The translations under genes and the position numbers were made by a program. Source: Nemertoderma westbladi (Eukaryota; Animalia; Xenacoelomorpha). From it: a DNA stretch of 64,000 bases. The notes under the pieces were generated by a model. That model was not told the DNA's origin. It saw only the letters and a program-made list of their open reading frames with translations, and did not search any database. The first letter of the stretch is position 1. Each line of letters starts with the position of its first letter. The stretch covers positions 46,234 through 110,233 of the forward strand of contig JAUCBJ010008709.1 of NCBI GenBank assembly GCA_032718475.1. Direction: 5' to 3'. Shown here piece after piece: positions 24,289-34,533 of the stretch.

Positions 24289-26583
24289 ACCCAGAGAACC
24301 CCGAGCCGATATTAGCGCGATGTTCATACCAACAAAGTCTGCGTTACCAAGAAGGCGGTCGTTTCATTTCCCGGTATTCTAGAACCGCAGGCAACTCGAC
24401 GTAGGAACCAACGTCAGCTCGACACCGAAGTCCGAGTCCGGTTCGATCCCGACCACCACCTAATCGTATTAGAGGATGTGGACGAGCCCGTTCGACCAAG
24501 GATTAGGAGAGCGAGATGAAGGAAGGAAGGCTTGCGAGCCTACCGATTAGATATTATATTGGATATTATATTTGGGTATTTATATTCGAATATTATATTT
24601 GGTATTTATATTGGACGTTGTGTTTGGATGTTGAGTTTGGAGGAGCGAGATAGAGAAGGAAGGCTTGCGAGCCTACCATTAGCAATCAGTGCTCAGGAGA
24701 AGATATCCAGACCAGCAGGACGAACTTTTAAGCTCATCAGGAGGACACTTTAAGACTTATTTGGAAGTTATTAGCGCATTATGTTTGTTTATATTGGACT
24801 GATTTAATTTGGAGAATTTATTATGTATTGTAAAGTCCAGTAGTATACCGCTTACCGGATCCTGGTAACGATGTATCTTACCATAAGATCTAGTAATGTA
24901 TACGGGCTCGTACAGTATCTGACAACAAATCCCAGTCCAAGGTATCTAAACAAACAGATACAATACACAAACGACTACTGGCGAGGAGCAGAGCCTAGTG
25001 TCTATTCTATGTACGTAAGCGGGTCTAATGCCTACGAACTAGACAAAAGGAAACCTGTCCTCTAACCGATATGGCAGATGTACAGTTACAGTAACAGACC
25101 AAACTCACGGGAAAACAATCCCCGCGCAGCGAATCCTAACTATCGCTGACAGTCCTAAATACCGTAACTTGCCGCGGTGTGATTTATATGGTTTATATAC
25201 GAGCTAGTGGGTTAACAGGCCTAGCGTAACAATACTGATCCCCCTGTACGAAATCAGTCTAAAGAGGGTCGTGCCTAATGTAACAACAACAGTTTAATAA
25301 CGAAATAAAATACTCCTTCTTGCCGTAACTAAATATCAGATCCTAATTTCACAAATACTAACAGTAAGTTACAGATAAATTCTGCCTAAAAGTAATCTAA
25401 AGTGCGCTATAACTAGTAGAACTCTAAGGGTAAATATGTTTTAGGGCATGTGTGTGTGGGTGTGTTACAATAAAACAATTTTGGTGTATATCATTTTACT
25501 AGGTTTTAGTGATTTTCTGACCAAAACAATACCGTGCTCTAGCTACTAAAATAAGCTAGTCGCCTTTGTAGAACTTTATACTTACAAATGACGTCAAAGC
25601 TCTCTCCTTCCTATCCACAACTCAACCGGGCAATTACGGTGTTAGTAACTACACCCGTGATCGGCACAAATACCAGATTCTGGTTGTAAGATAAGAAATA
25701 GGGGTTAATCGCTACCGTACGTTAGCTGATACTTTGTTGCTGCGGTAGTTAGCAGCAAATACCTATCAGTACGTTGCAAGGCGCGGTAGGATATTAATAA
25801 ACCTCCCTAGGCCAAAGCGGTGTGCCAGTAGCAGAAATACTCCTTGCCTGATCAAATAACTAAGGTTCAGACAGAAGGGGGGGGGGGGGTACTAATGTAT
25901 GTTCTACAAAGCGAACCGGTACCAAATGGTCAGTACTACGAATCACTAAATTATGGAACATATGATGTCCGTACCTAATGTGTACTCGCGTACTGATGAA
26001 TGGCAATATTTCGCACCTGTGAGATATACAGGTTAACCCAGGGATTTGTACTACTGATGGGGGGGGGGGGGGGGGGGGGGGGGGGCTCTGTCAGAATATA
26101 ATCATTTGATCCTAAATTTGCGGCGTCCCAGAACGGCGTCACGCTTACCCTGATCTATAGGTCTTATGTCGGGCAAGGGCGTCGAACAAAGTCTTACCTT
26201 CCTCGGAAATCGGGCGCTGCATGGCAAGTGGAGTATTTCGAAGGGCAAAGGGGGTGCGCGGTCTAATCTAATGTGGGCGCTAGCGTGTTGTGGACATCAT
26301 TTCCCTGTGTTGCTGACGGCCTAACGGTCTAGGCGGCCATCTTCCCAATGCTTGGCTGTCCCAAAGTTGGACGTTCAGAAAAATACATGTTCAGAAGTTT
26401 ACAGTATATTTACAGTTTACAAAGATTTATCAAATAGATTTACTAATAACAATAACTGAATAACTGAGTAACTAATGAAGAGTATAAGATACAAGTGAAG
26501 TAAGTTGTACTGAAATTACAAGAGTGAGAGTGTGATAACCGAAGGCAAACCAGCCTTTATATACTAAATACTTATATACTACA

Positions 26584-27178
26584 TCTAATCTGGCCTCATC
26601 TGACTACCGCGAACCTCCATACAATTGACAGAGTAAAGACTAATTACCTAAAGAAATCCTTGGGCGTACACAAAAGCACATTGAATCGCCTTGTGATAGC
26701 TTTGTGCGGGGAGAACACTCTAGTCGAGGACATCATTTGTAATCTGCACCTAAACGATACGGCTGCCTTGATGGAATATAGAGCAGATATCGTAACCAAG
26801 AAGTCGGAAATTCCGGTCGAGTTCTGGAGCAGCCCGGCATTCCAGAACCGAAAATGGACAGAACCTAACCAATCCGGTCGACACGTAACAACACGGGTAT
26901 CGGTCCACGGATTTCATCATAAGATCTGTGCGACAGATAAATTTCATGCCCCCTAACCTGGAGAGCTGTGTATGTCTGCTGTACGGAGACCCGGCCCCAC
27001 TATACCACCTACTAACATGCAAGGAAAACTCGCGAACGCTAACCTCCTGGGCCTCTAATGATACGTAATTTACCGAACTCTTTTAACTCTTTAACGTTTT
27101 TACTTATTTATTTGATTTAATTAAATACCGTTTTTATCTACCATAATGCCAGTACCATGGCGCAATTAAATTAATATA
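26584..27178 (+). mobile_element. 3' fragment of a non-LTR retrotransposon inserted in the solo LTR
   Basis: Absent from the 27877-29990 LTR. Encodes IWPHL..IDRVKTNYLKKSLGV..RHVTTRVSVHGFHHKIC and, frameshifted, CVCLL..YHLLTC, which resembles a post-RT C-terminus. AT-rich tail, TAAAT at both junctions. Confidence 0.7.
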
Positions 27179-27357
27179 TAAATCTGGGACATAGAATCCA
27201 CTAGAACTTTCTAGAGTATTCCATGGCCTCACATTGGAGCAATAAGATATTCCATGCCCTATGATTGGCCCAACTCATCGTTCCATGTGTTGTACGCACC
27301 TCATTGGTTTGTCAGTTTGTATCAAATGAAAATAAATTGCCCCAAAATGCAAATTTC

Positions 27358-27426
27358 CCAACTGGGATTCGAACTCGTAACCTATATGTAATGCAACCAA
27401 CGCCTTAACCATCCGACCAATACACC
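27358..27426 (-). other. tRNA-derived Pol III promoter cassette in the solo LTR
   Basis: A box TGGTCGGATGG and B box GTTCGAATCC on the minus strand. Confidence 0.7.
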
Positions 27427-28014
27427 ACAAGATTAACTAGGGGTTTTATTGTACTGATATGAATAGGTATATTACATTACTGTAACTTAATCAAAATGCG
27501 TCGGATTTTCGAAAGTTTTTACGTTATACTACAAATGCTATCCTATAGTGAAATAATTCATCATGTATATTTGCAATATATGAAAGAATTATCGAAAGCT
27601 TTGAAATTATTTGTTTTGATTTGTTCTAATTTGTTTAATTTGTTCATTTTGATAACTGAAAGCTCTTTTTTTTGTATTTTATGCACTAAAGTTAATTGGT
27701 AAATTTGTATTTTGTATGTATGATAGATTGTATTTACACCTGCAATAATAAGTATGCAATAATTAGGTAGTGATTATTTTATATTTTAGGCCCCACCAGT
27801 AGACTTAGAAATATTTTGTAAATAGTTTATATTTCGATTGGTGAAAACAGTCTTACTTACTGTTTTCATGGAGCAGTGATGGATTATTTCACTATAAGAT
27901 AGCATTTGTAGTTTAACGTAAAAACTTTCTAAAATCCAACGCATTTTGATTAAATTACAGTAATGTAATATGCCTATTCATATTGGTACACATAAAACCC
28001 ATAGGTAATCTAAT

Positions 28015-28084
28015 GGCGCAGTGGTCAGGTGGTTAAGGCGTCGGTTACATTACAGATAGGTTACGAGTTCGAATCCCAGTCAGG
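28015..28084 (+). other. tRNA-derived Pol III promoter cassette in LTR U3
   Basis: GGCGCAGTGGTCAGGTGGTTAAGGCG...GAGTTCGAATCCC with A and B boxes; no clean cloverleaf. Confidence 0.7.
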
Positions 28085-28133
28085 AAATTTGCATTTTTGG
28101 GCAATTTATTTTCGTTTGATATAATTAGATAAA

Positions 28134-28270
28134 CCAATGAGGTGTGTACAACACATGGAACGATGAGTTGGGCCAATCATAGGGCATGGAACATCTTATT
28201 GCTCCAATGTGAGGCCATGGAATGCTCTGGAAGGTTCTAGCGGATTCTATGTCCCAGATTTAGTATATAA
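28134..28270 (+). promoter_or_regulatory. Putative Pol II promoter of the LTR
   Basis: CCAAT at 28134, 28173 and 28204, each followed by CATGGAA; TATATAA at 28264. Confidence 0.65.
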
Positions 28271-30053
28271 GGGCTGGTTTGCCTTCGGTTATCACACACA
28301 CTAACCTTGCTTATAACTTCTCGTTATACTTTAGTTGTCATTCTTGGACTTGCTCACTAATGTTAACTCTTGTTAACTTAGTATTTGTTTTGTTATAAAT
28401 CTGTTTGATAAATCTTTGTAAACTGTAAATATACTGTAAACTTCTGAACATGTATATTTCTGAACGTCCACCATTGGGACAGCCAAGCATTCGGGAGATG
28501 GCCGCCTAGACCGTTAGGCCGTCAGCAACGCAGGGAAAGATGTCCACAACACGCTAGCGCCCACATTAGATTAGACCGCGCACCCCCTTCGCCCTTCGAA
28601 ATACTCCACCTTGCCATGCAGCGCCCGATTTCCGAGGAAGGTAAGACTTTGTTTGACACCCTTGCCCGACCTATAGATCAGGGTAAGCGTGACGCCGTTC
28701 TGGGACGCCGCAAAATTTAGGATCAAATAGTTAGATTCAGACAAACCCCCCCCCCCCCCCCCCCCCACCAGTATTACAAATCCCTGGGTTAACCGTGTAT
28801 ATCTCACAGGTGCGAACTATTGCCGTTCGTCAGTACGCGAGTACATATTAGGTATGGACAGCATATGTTCCATAATTTAGTGATTCGCAGTACTGGCCGT
28901 TTGGTACCGGTTCGCTTTGTAGAACATACATTAGTACCCCCCCCCCCCCCCTGTCTGAACCTTAGTTATTTGATCAGGCAAGGAGTATTTCTGCTACCGG
29001 CACTTCACTTGGCCTAGGGAGGTTTATTAATATCCTACCGCGCCTTGCCACATACTGATAGGTATTGCTGCTAACCACCGCGGCAACAAAGTTCTAGAAT
29101 CAAATTTGTATACCAGATCAGCTAACGTACGGTAGCGATTAACCCCTATTTCGTATCTTACAACCAGAATCTGGTATTTGTGCCAATCACGGGTGTAGTT
29201 ACTAACACCGTAATTGCCCGGTTGAGTTGTGGATAGGAAGGAGAGAGCTTTGACGTCATTTGTAAGTATAAAGTTCTACAAAACGCGGCTAGCTTATTTT
29301 CGTAGCTAGCGCACAGTATCGTTTTGGTCTGAAAATTACTAAAACCTAGTAAAATGATATACACCAAAATTGTTTTATTGTAACACACCCACACACACAC
29401 GCCCTAAAAACATATTTACCCTTAGAGTACTACTAGTTATAGCGCACTTTAGATTACCTTTAGGCAGAATTTATCTGTAATTTACTATTCGTATTTGTAA
29501 ATTTAGGATCTGATATTTAGTTACGGCAAGAAGTAGTATTTATTTCGTTATTAAACTGTTGTTTGTCTGAGCAGCGGTATTGTTACATTAGGCACGACCC
29601 TCTTTAGACTGATTTAGTACAGGGGATCAGTATTGTTACGCTAGGTCTGTTAACCCACTAGCTCGTATATAAACCATATAAATCACACCGCGGCAAGTTA
29701 CGGTATTTAGGACTGTCAGCGATAGTTAGGATTCGCTGCGCGGGGATTGTTTTCCCATGAGTTTGGTCTGTTACTGTAACTGTACATCTGCCTCACCGGT
29801 TAGAGGACAGGTTTCCTTTTGTCTAGTTCGTAGGCATTAGACCCGCTCACATACATAGAATAGACACTAGGCTCTGTTCCTCGCCAGTAGTTGTTCGCGT
29901 ATTTGTATCTGTTTGTTTAGATACCCTAGATCTTACAGTAAGATACATCGTTACTAGGATCCGGTAAGCGGTATACTGCTGGACTTTACACTGGGGGAGG
30001 AGCTAGGATGGATGGAAGAATTGCCGAAACACTCGACATCAGGATTGTAAGCG

Positions 30054-31274
30054 ATGCCCATGCCAGCGGGCTCTGAGGGCGATTTCGCGAGAAAGAGACC
30101 GAGAGAACAGGAAGGATGGAAAGTTACGGGTAAGAGCCAAGGTGGGAAGGGACACAGTGGGTCTGCCGGGATACCAGGATTGGATCCACTCCCAGCGGGG
30201 GATGAGGATGACGACGAGTTTGGGGAGATGCCGCCCATCGAGAGGATTGGCCACTCAGACACGGACTGGGTTGGCGGGAGAGTGGTGACGGCCAGCGGGG
30301 CGAGGGCCTTCTGGGATAAACCCGGCAAGCGGGCCTGGGTCCACGAGGAGCCGGCGATGGATTTTGCGGGGAGCACCATCAGGTTGGGCGAGCAACCGGG
30401 AACGGCACCACGGGTAGTGTTTGGAGAGACGATGCCGAGGCGAGACGAGGACGTAGACATGGACAGAGACGTTAACGTCCAGAAGTTTGCTTACCAATGG
30501 CTCCATAGACCTAGGAGACCGCTTGGAGCAAAAGACAACTTGGGGCGAGATGTGTTGATACACGGCTGCGATTACTGTGGGAGGCTAACTCACCAGGAAA
30601 AGAGCTGCTTGTATCGATTCCAGAAGGGGACGAGTTGCCTCTACTGCCGCGAGTCGAGTCATAGGATGGGGGCGTGTCCGCGGTTGCACAACCGGTGTTC
30701 TAAGTGTAACTTTCGAGGGCACTATGGGCGCCAGTGCGACTGGATGGACAACAAGGAGAAGTTTAAGATCTTCGAGGAGTGGGCCGACGTTGGCGTCATG
30801 ACGCAGCAGAGAATGAAGGTCCAGGAGTTCCGGTGGGGTTTCTTCAATATTAACCAGGAGGCCCATCTGGAAATCATTAAGCAGAGACTTCCGTTTACTT
30901 ATCAAGAAGTAGCGACGGCGGCATCGTATGGTGGGGTCATCAATACGCAGAGGTATTTAGATAGATGGGTGCCAGAGAACAGGGGAGAGTTCAGAGATTT
31001 CCTGGTGGAGCATGTGCTGCGGACCATGAAGATGATCTTGTGGGACGCTACTAGGGGGAAGCAGGAGGGGCATTCGGAAGGGCCACCTGCGAACCGATAC
31101 CGGGAGGTAATAACACCAGCGCCCAAGGAATCGACCATGGGGATCAGTAAGGAGGTAATGGCTAGAATGAGGAGCCTTAAGGAGGATAAGAACAAGGAAG
31201 CGACGACAACAAGGAAGCGACCGAGACAGGACGACAACAGAGGGAAGGAACTGAGATGGTTCCCGAAGACGTGA
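30054..31274 (+). CDS. Triple CCHC zinc-knuckle protein at the 3' end of an LTR element
   Basis: CDYCGRLTHQEKSC, CLYCRESSHRMGAC and CSKCNFRGHYGRQC (all CX2CX4HX4C); basic RKRPR motifs; stop codon 28 nt before the LTR start. Confidence 0.8.
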   Translation: MPMPAGSEGDFARKRPREQEGWKVTGKSQGGKGHSGSAGIPGLDPLPAGDEDDDEFGEMPPIERIGHSDTDWVGGRVVTASGARAFWDKPGKRAWVHEEPAMDFAGSTIRLGEQPGTAPRVVFGETMPRRDEDVDMDRDVNVQKFAYQWLHRPRRPLGAKDNLGRDVLIHGCDYCGRLTHQEKSCLYRFQKGTSCLYCRESSHRMGACPRLHNRCSKCNFRGHYGRQCDWMDNKEKFKIFEEWADVGVMTQQRMKVQEFRWGFFNINQEAHLEIIKQRLPFTYQEVATAASYGGVINTQRYLDRWVPENRGEFRDFLVEHVLRTMKMILWDATRGKQEGHSEGPPANRYREVITPAPKESTMGISKEVMARMRSLKEDKNKEATTTRKRPRQDDNRGKELRWFPKT

Positions 31275-31302
31275 GGAGCGAACTAGGACTTGGAGGGGGA
31301 GA

Positions 31303-32205
31303 TGTGGGGATGCCTGGAAGGCACCACATGCGAAGTAATACGAACTCCTAAGTGCAAATTTAATAAAAGTGCAATTAGTATGTACGTATGTAATAATCAA
31401 TAGAGTATAATTAGAATCAATATAATCGCAGTAAGTACTATAGTCATGTAACCTTTTTTCCAACTAGCTACTGGGACTGGGGACCAATTGACTATGACAG
31501 GAGGACGGGACACTAGACGTGGCCCTACACACTTCACACTTCTTAAGTGCGACGGCACGGAAGGGGAGAGTGAGGCTCGTCAGGAGTGAGTGGAGCGAAA
31601 CAAGTAAGGGTTGAGTACAGGAGCACAGGGAGATAGTGAGAGGAGGTGTTGACACGTGTGGAAAGTATACAGGTGCAATTCAAATGTGGGGAGCGAGGAG
31701 TAAGAGACAGAGTAAGGGACAGAGAGGTCCGAGAGTAAGATAGAGTAGAGTGGAGTTAGAGTGGAGCTGAAGTGAAGTTAGAGTTAGTTCAGAGTGAGGA
31801 GATATAAAAATTGTGTGAGAGGAGTCCACAGTTGTCTCGAACAGAGACGTCAGATGTCTTGGTGCAACATAGGTTGCGGTTGCACCAAGAAGGGGTAGTA
31901 ATATCATACCCAGAGGGAGCTGCCTGGAAAGCCGACTCCAAGAAAAGAACTCCACCCCACACCTGATAGTAGATCGGGTTCCAGCGGGGACAGTACAAAC
32001 CCCGAAGCCACACAAAGGGAGGTTAGAGGTCAAACCACCTCGGAGGGGAGACAGCTAGCAGGGGTTAGCAACAGGGGGGAAACACTCCCAGAGAGTGGAA
32101 AGGCGTGAAGTAGGTTATTAGCCAATAGGGGCGAAGGAGAGCATCCACTAGGTAGGAGGCCAAAATAATGTAGGGGTGAAGTAATCACACATATTATCCC
32201 ATACA
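31303..32205 (+). mobile_element. Probable 3' LTR (right end tentative)
   Basis: PPT TTGGAGGGGGAGA followed by TGTGGGGAT; tentative end ATCCCATACA. Confidence 0.5.
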
Positions 32206-33745
32206 TACTGATTTATTATTCAGTTACCAGATTGTCAGTTTCAGTGCAGACCGGCATTATTGTCTTACCGTCATCACAGTGCTGTTATATGCTGTCATAT
32301 TATATCGCTATTACCGGTCCTATCATTTTACTGTGCTATCACTACGCATATTATTATATATATCGGAACGAAAGAACATCGAACTCAAACATTTTCCCAT
32401 CAGCTTGCTGTGACGCATACAACATAACCCGGTCGGGATCCCTTGATCCCGTCACAATATGTATTGTAATAAATAAAAAAAACTTTTTCTCTTGCATTTA
32501 AGTTAATATATACATAACAACCCCCAGTCAGTTAGTAAGTCGGTACATTCAATTATCACATATATATGAAGTAAATAGCCTAATTCCGACATCACTGCAT
32601 GTTGTCAAATCTTATATAATTTTTGTGCTGTGTGTTTGCTCTAGCAAACTACCAGTTTTCCATTGGTAACATGTTTACTTACCGTAGGCCTATAGGGTTC
32701 CAATGTTCTGAGGTCTGACGTCTGTTTGGGCTAGATGGTAACTGAGTTGATGGTGCGATTAATATAGGTCATTTGTGCAATATAGATAGGCTTGGCTAAT
32801 TCCCTGTCCAGCTGATGATGGTGTGGAGGATTAGCGCATACTGGTCCAAGATGCCGAAACGCAACCATATTTTTCACAAATTAATTATTTTTTCCCTAGT
32901 CCTACCCCTTTCACAGCGACAAAATTCTCATATATATTCTTATAGAATATAGGCTTAGCTTCAGTGCAGTTTATTACTGGTATAATTTAGTGTATGGTTG
33001 TTAGGTTATATGGTTAGGGTTGCGATATGTAGCTGTATGTAGAGCATGTTATTATGTTATTTTTGTTTGTGTTTTTTGTTTGTTTTGGTTGTGTCCTTTG
33101 ATGGCCCTAGGGGCTGAGAAGTATTTTGGGCTTAAAGTTCTGATTCTATATATTTTTTGTAGTTTAAGGGGTGTATGACTCTTGTGTTTACTTTTAAGTT
33201 AATATATACATAAAAAATCCCTGTTTGTCAGTATGTCTGTCGGTACATTCAAGTCTTTTCAAGATTCAAGTCTTCAAGTCTTTTTTACTTAACATTATTT
33301 TCTAAGTAAAATTAAACTATTAACATTTTTCCTGTTTAAAGTATTTTTCTAACTAATTGATCTAACTATCTCTTCTAAACCAATTGAAATGTTGTAGAGT
33401 TCACGATTTGACACGATTGAAGAAAAATTAGAAACAAGCATTCTTTCCTTTAGAATAGACCCTTACAGAAATATACTATAATAATTCTTCAGGAATTTCA
33501 TACTCTTAGTTTTATGTACTTTTGGATTCACAGTATAACCATTAATTTAATTTTTTATTTAAAAAAAATGCTGAACTAAATAGCTCGGTTTAATAGCTAG
33601 GAAGAAATTTCATCAAACAAAATTAATACCATAAATTTAAACATAATGAACAAATATTATCAAATAAAAAATTTGAATGACTATCTTAAAATTCTGATGT
33701 GATAGAAAGTCTTGATATAAACAGTGTTAATAAGCATGTTATAAT

Positions 33746-34003
33746 GCCGTGTCCGAGTGGATACGGCGCCTGAACTGCTTATACACAATAGTGTGTGGTG
33801 GCACAGGTTCGAATCCGACTAAAGGCTGTAGAAATTTCGCATTGTTGTGTCCCTAGGCAAGACACTTTAGACATTAGTGCCTACGCCAACCCAGCGGTAT
33901 AATGGGAACCTGGCTTTGCTGGGGTAATGATAATAAAAGCGCTTTGAGTATGCTGAGCGTAGAAAAGCGCTATATAAATAACCAATATTATTATTATTAT
34001 TAT
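33746..34003 (+). mobile_element. tRNA-derived CORE-type SINE with an L2-like 3' end
   Basis: A box (GTCCGAGTGG), B box (GGTTCGAATCC), TTGTGTCCCTAGGCAAGACACTT core, AAAGCGCTTT..AAAAGCGCT stem and (TAT)n tail. Confidence 0.85.
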
Positions 34004-34195
34004 TATAATTGTTATTGTCAAAGGTTTTTTGTATTTCTGCCATTGTCGCTCAGCTATAAACTCTTCAAACGATCAGCTCCTTCCATACTCTTTGTATACA
34101 CGTTGCTAAGAGACGCGGACGGGGTCAGAAGATTGGTGATCAGAAGTTCTTCATCGTCTTCATCTTTTTTCTGTAAAAGTTTTATATTTTAGAAA

Positions 34196-34533
34196 TAAAA
34201 TATTCGAGATACCCGCCCCCCAAATATTCGTACTTGAGATACCCGCCCCCCCAAATATTCGTACTTGAGATACCCGCCCCCCCCAAATATTCGTACTTGA
34301 GATACCCGCCCCCCCAAATATTCGTACTTGAGATACCCGCCCCCCAAATATTCGTACTTGAGATACCCGCCCCCCCAAATATTCGTACTTGAGATACCCG
34401 CCCCCCAAATATTCGTACTTGAGATACCCGCCCCCCCAAATATTCGTACTTGAGATACCCGCCCCCCAAATATTCGTACTTGAGATACCCGCCCCCCCCA
34501 AATATTCGTACTTGAGATACCCGCCCCCCCAAA
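34196..34533. repeat. ~30-bp minisatellite (11 copies, variable C tract), probably inside a non-autonomous element spanning about 34010-34640
   Basis: GAGATACCCG(C)5-8AAATATTCGTACTT. Confidence 0.92.

Larger units (their letters stand above)
24829..27563 (-). mobile_element. Solo LTR of the same BEL family, inserted antisense in the element's own 3' UTR
   Basis: TGATG...TTTACA termini on the minus strand; 5-bp TSD TGTAT at 24824-28 and 27564-68; reverse-complement match to 27877-29990. Confidence 0.92.
18375..29990 (+). mobile_element. 3' half of the same large BEL/Pao family (RT, RNase H, SPD-repeat linker, integrase, accessory ORF, 3' UTR, 3' LTR)
   Basis: 18375-20980 is the near-identical reverse complement of 8008-10614 and continues into the integrase. 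It ends in a 2.1-kb TG...CA LTR. Confidence 0.9.
27877..29990 (+). repeat. 3' LTR (2114 bp) of the large BEL element
   Basis: TGATG...TTTACA; flanks AGCAG and CTGGG are not a TSD, as expected for an LTR still attached to internal sequence. Confidence 0.85.

Noticed and set aside
25990-26030. Hammerhead ribozyme suggested by CTGATGA/CTGACGA in the LTR
   Set aside because: No stem II followed by GAAA, and no matching stems I and III
28015-28084. Functional tRNA genes (also 27358, 33746, 39418)
   Set aside because: A and B boxes are present, but the acceptor and anticodon stems are incomplete and all lie inside mobile elements.
24829-29990. A single foldback transposon or a palindromic 5.2-kb LTR
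   Set aside because: The left arm has its own TG...CA ends and a TGTAT TSD, so it is an antisense solo LTR next to a normal 3' LTR.
32497-33252. Imperfect ~55-bp direct repeat at about 32497 and 33194
   Set aside because: Too degenerate to define element ends or a TSD
34160-34532. Repetitive ORFs here and within the satellites
   Set aside because: Products of tandem repeats, with frames shifted by variable C tracts
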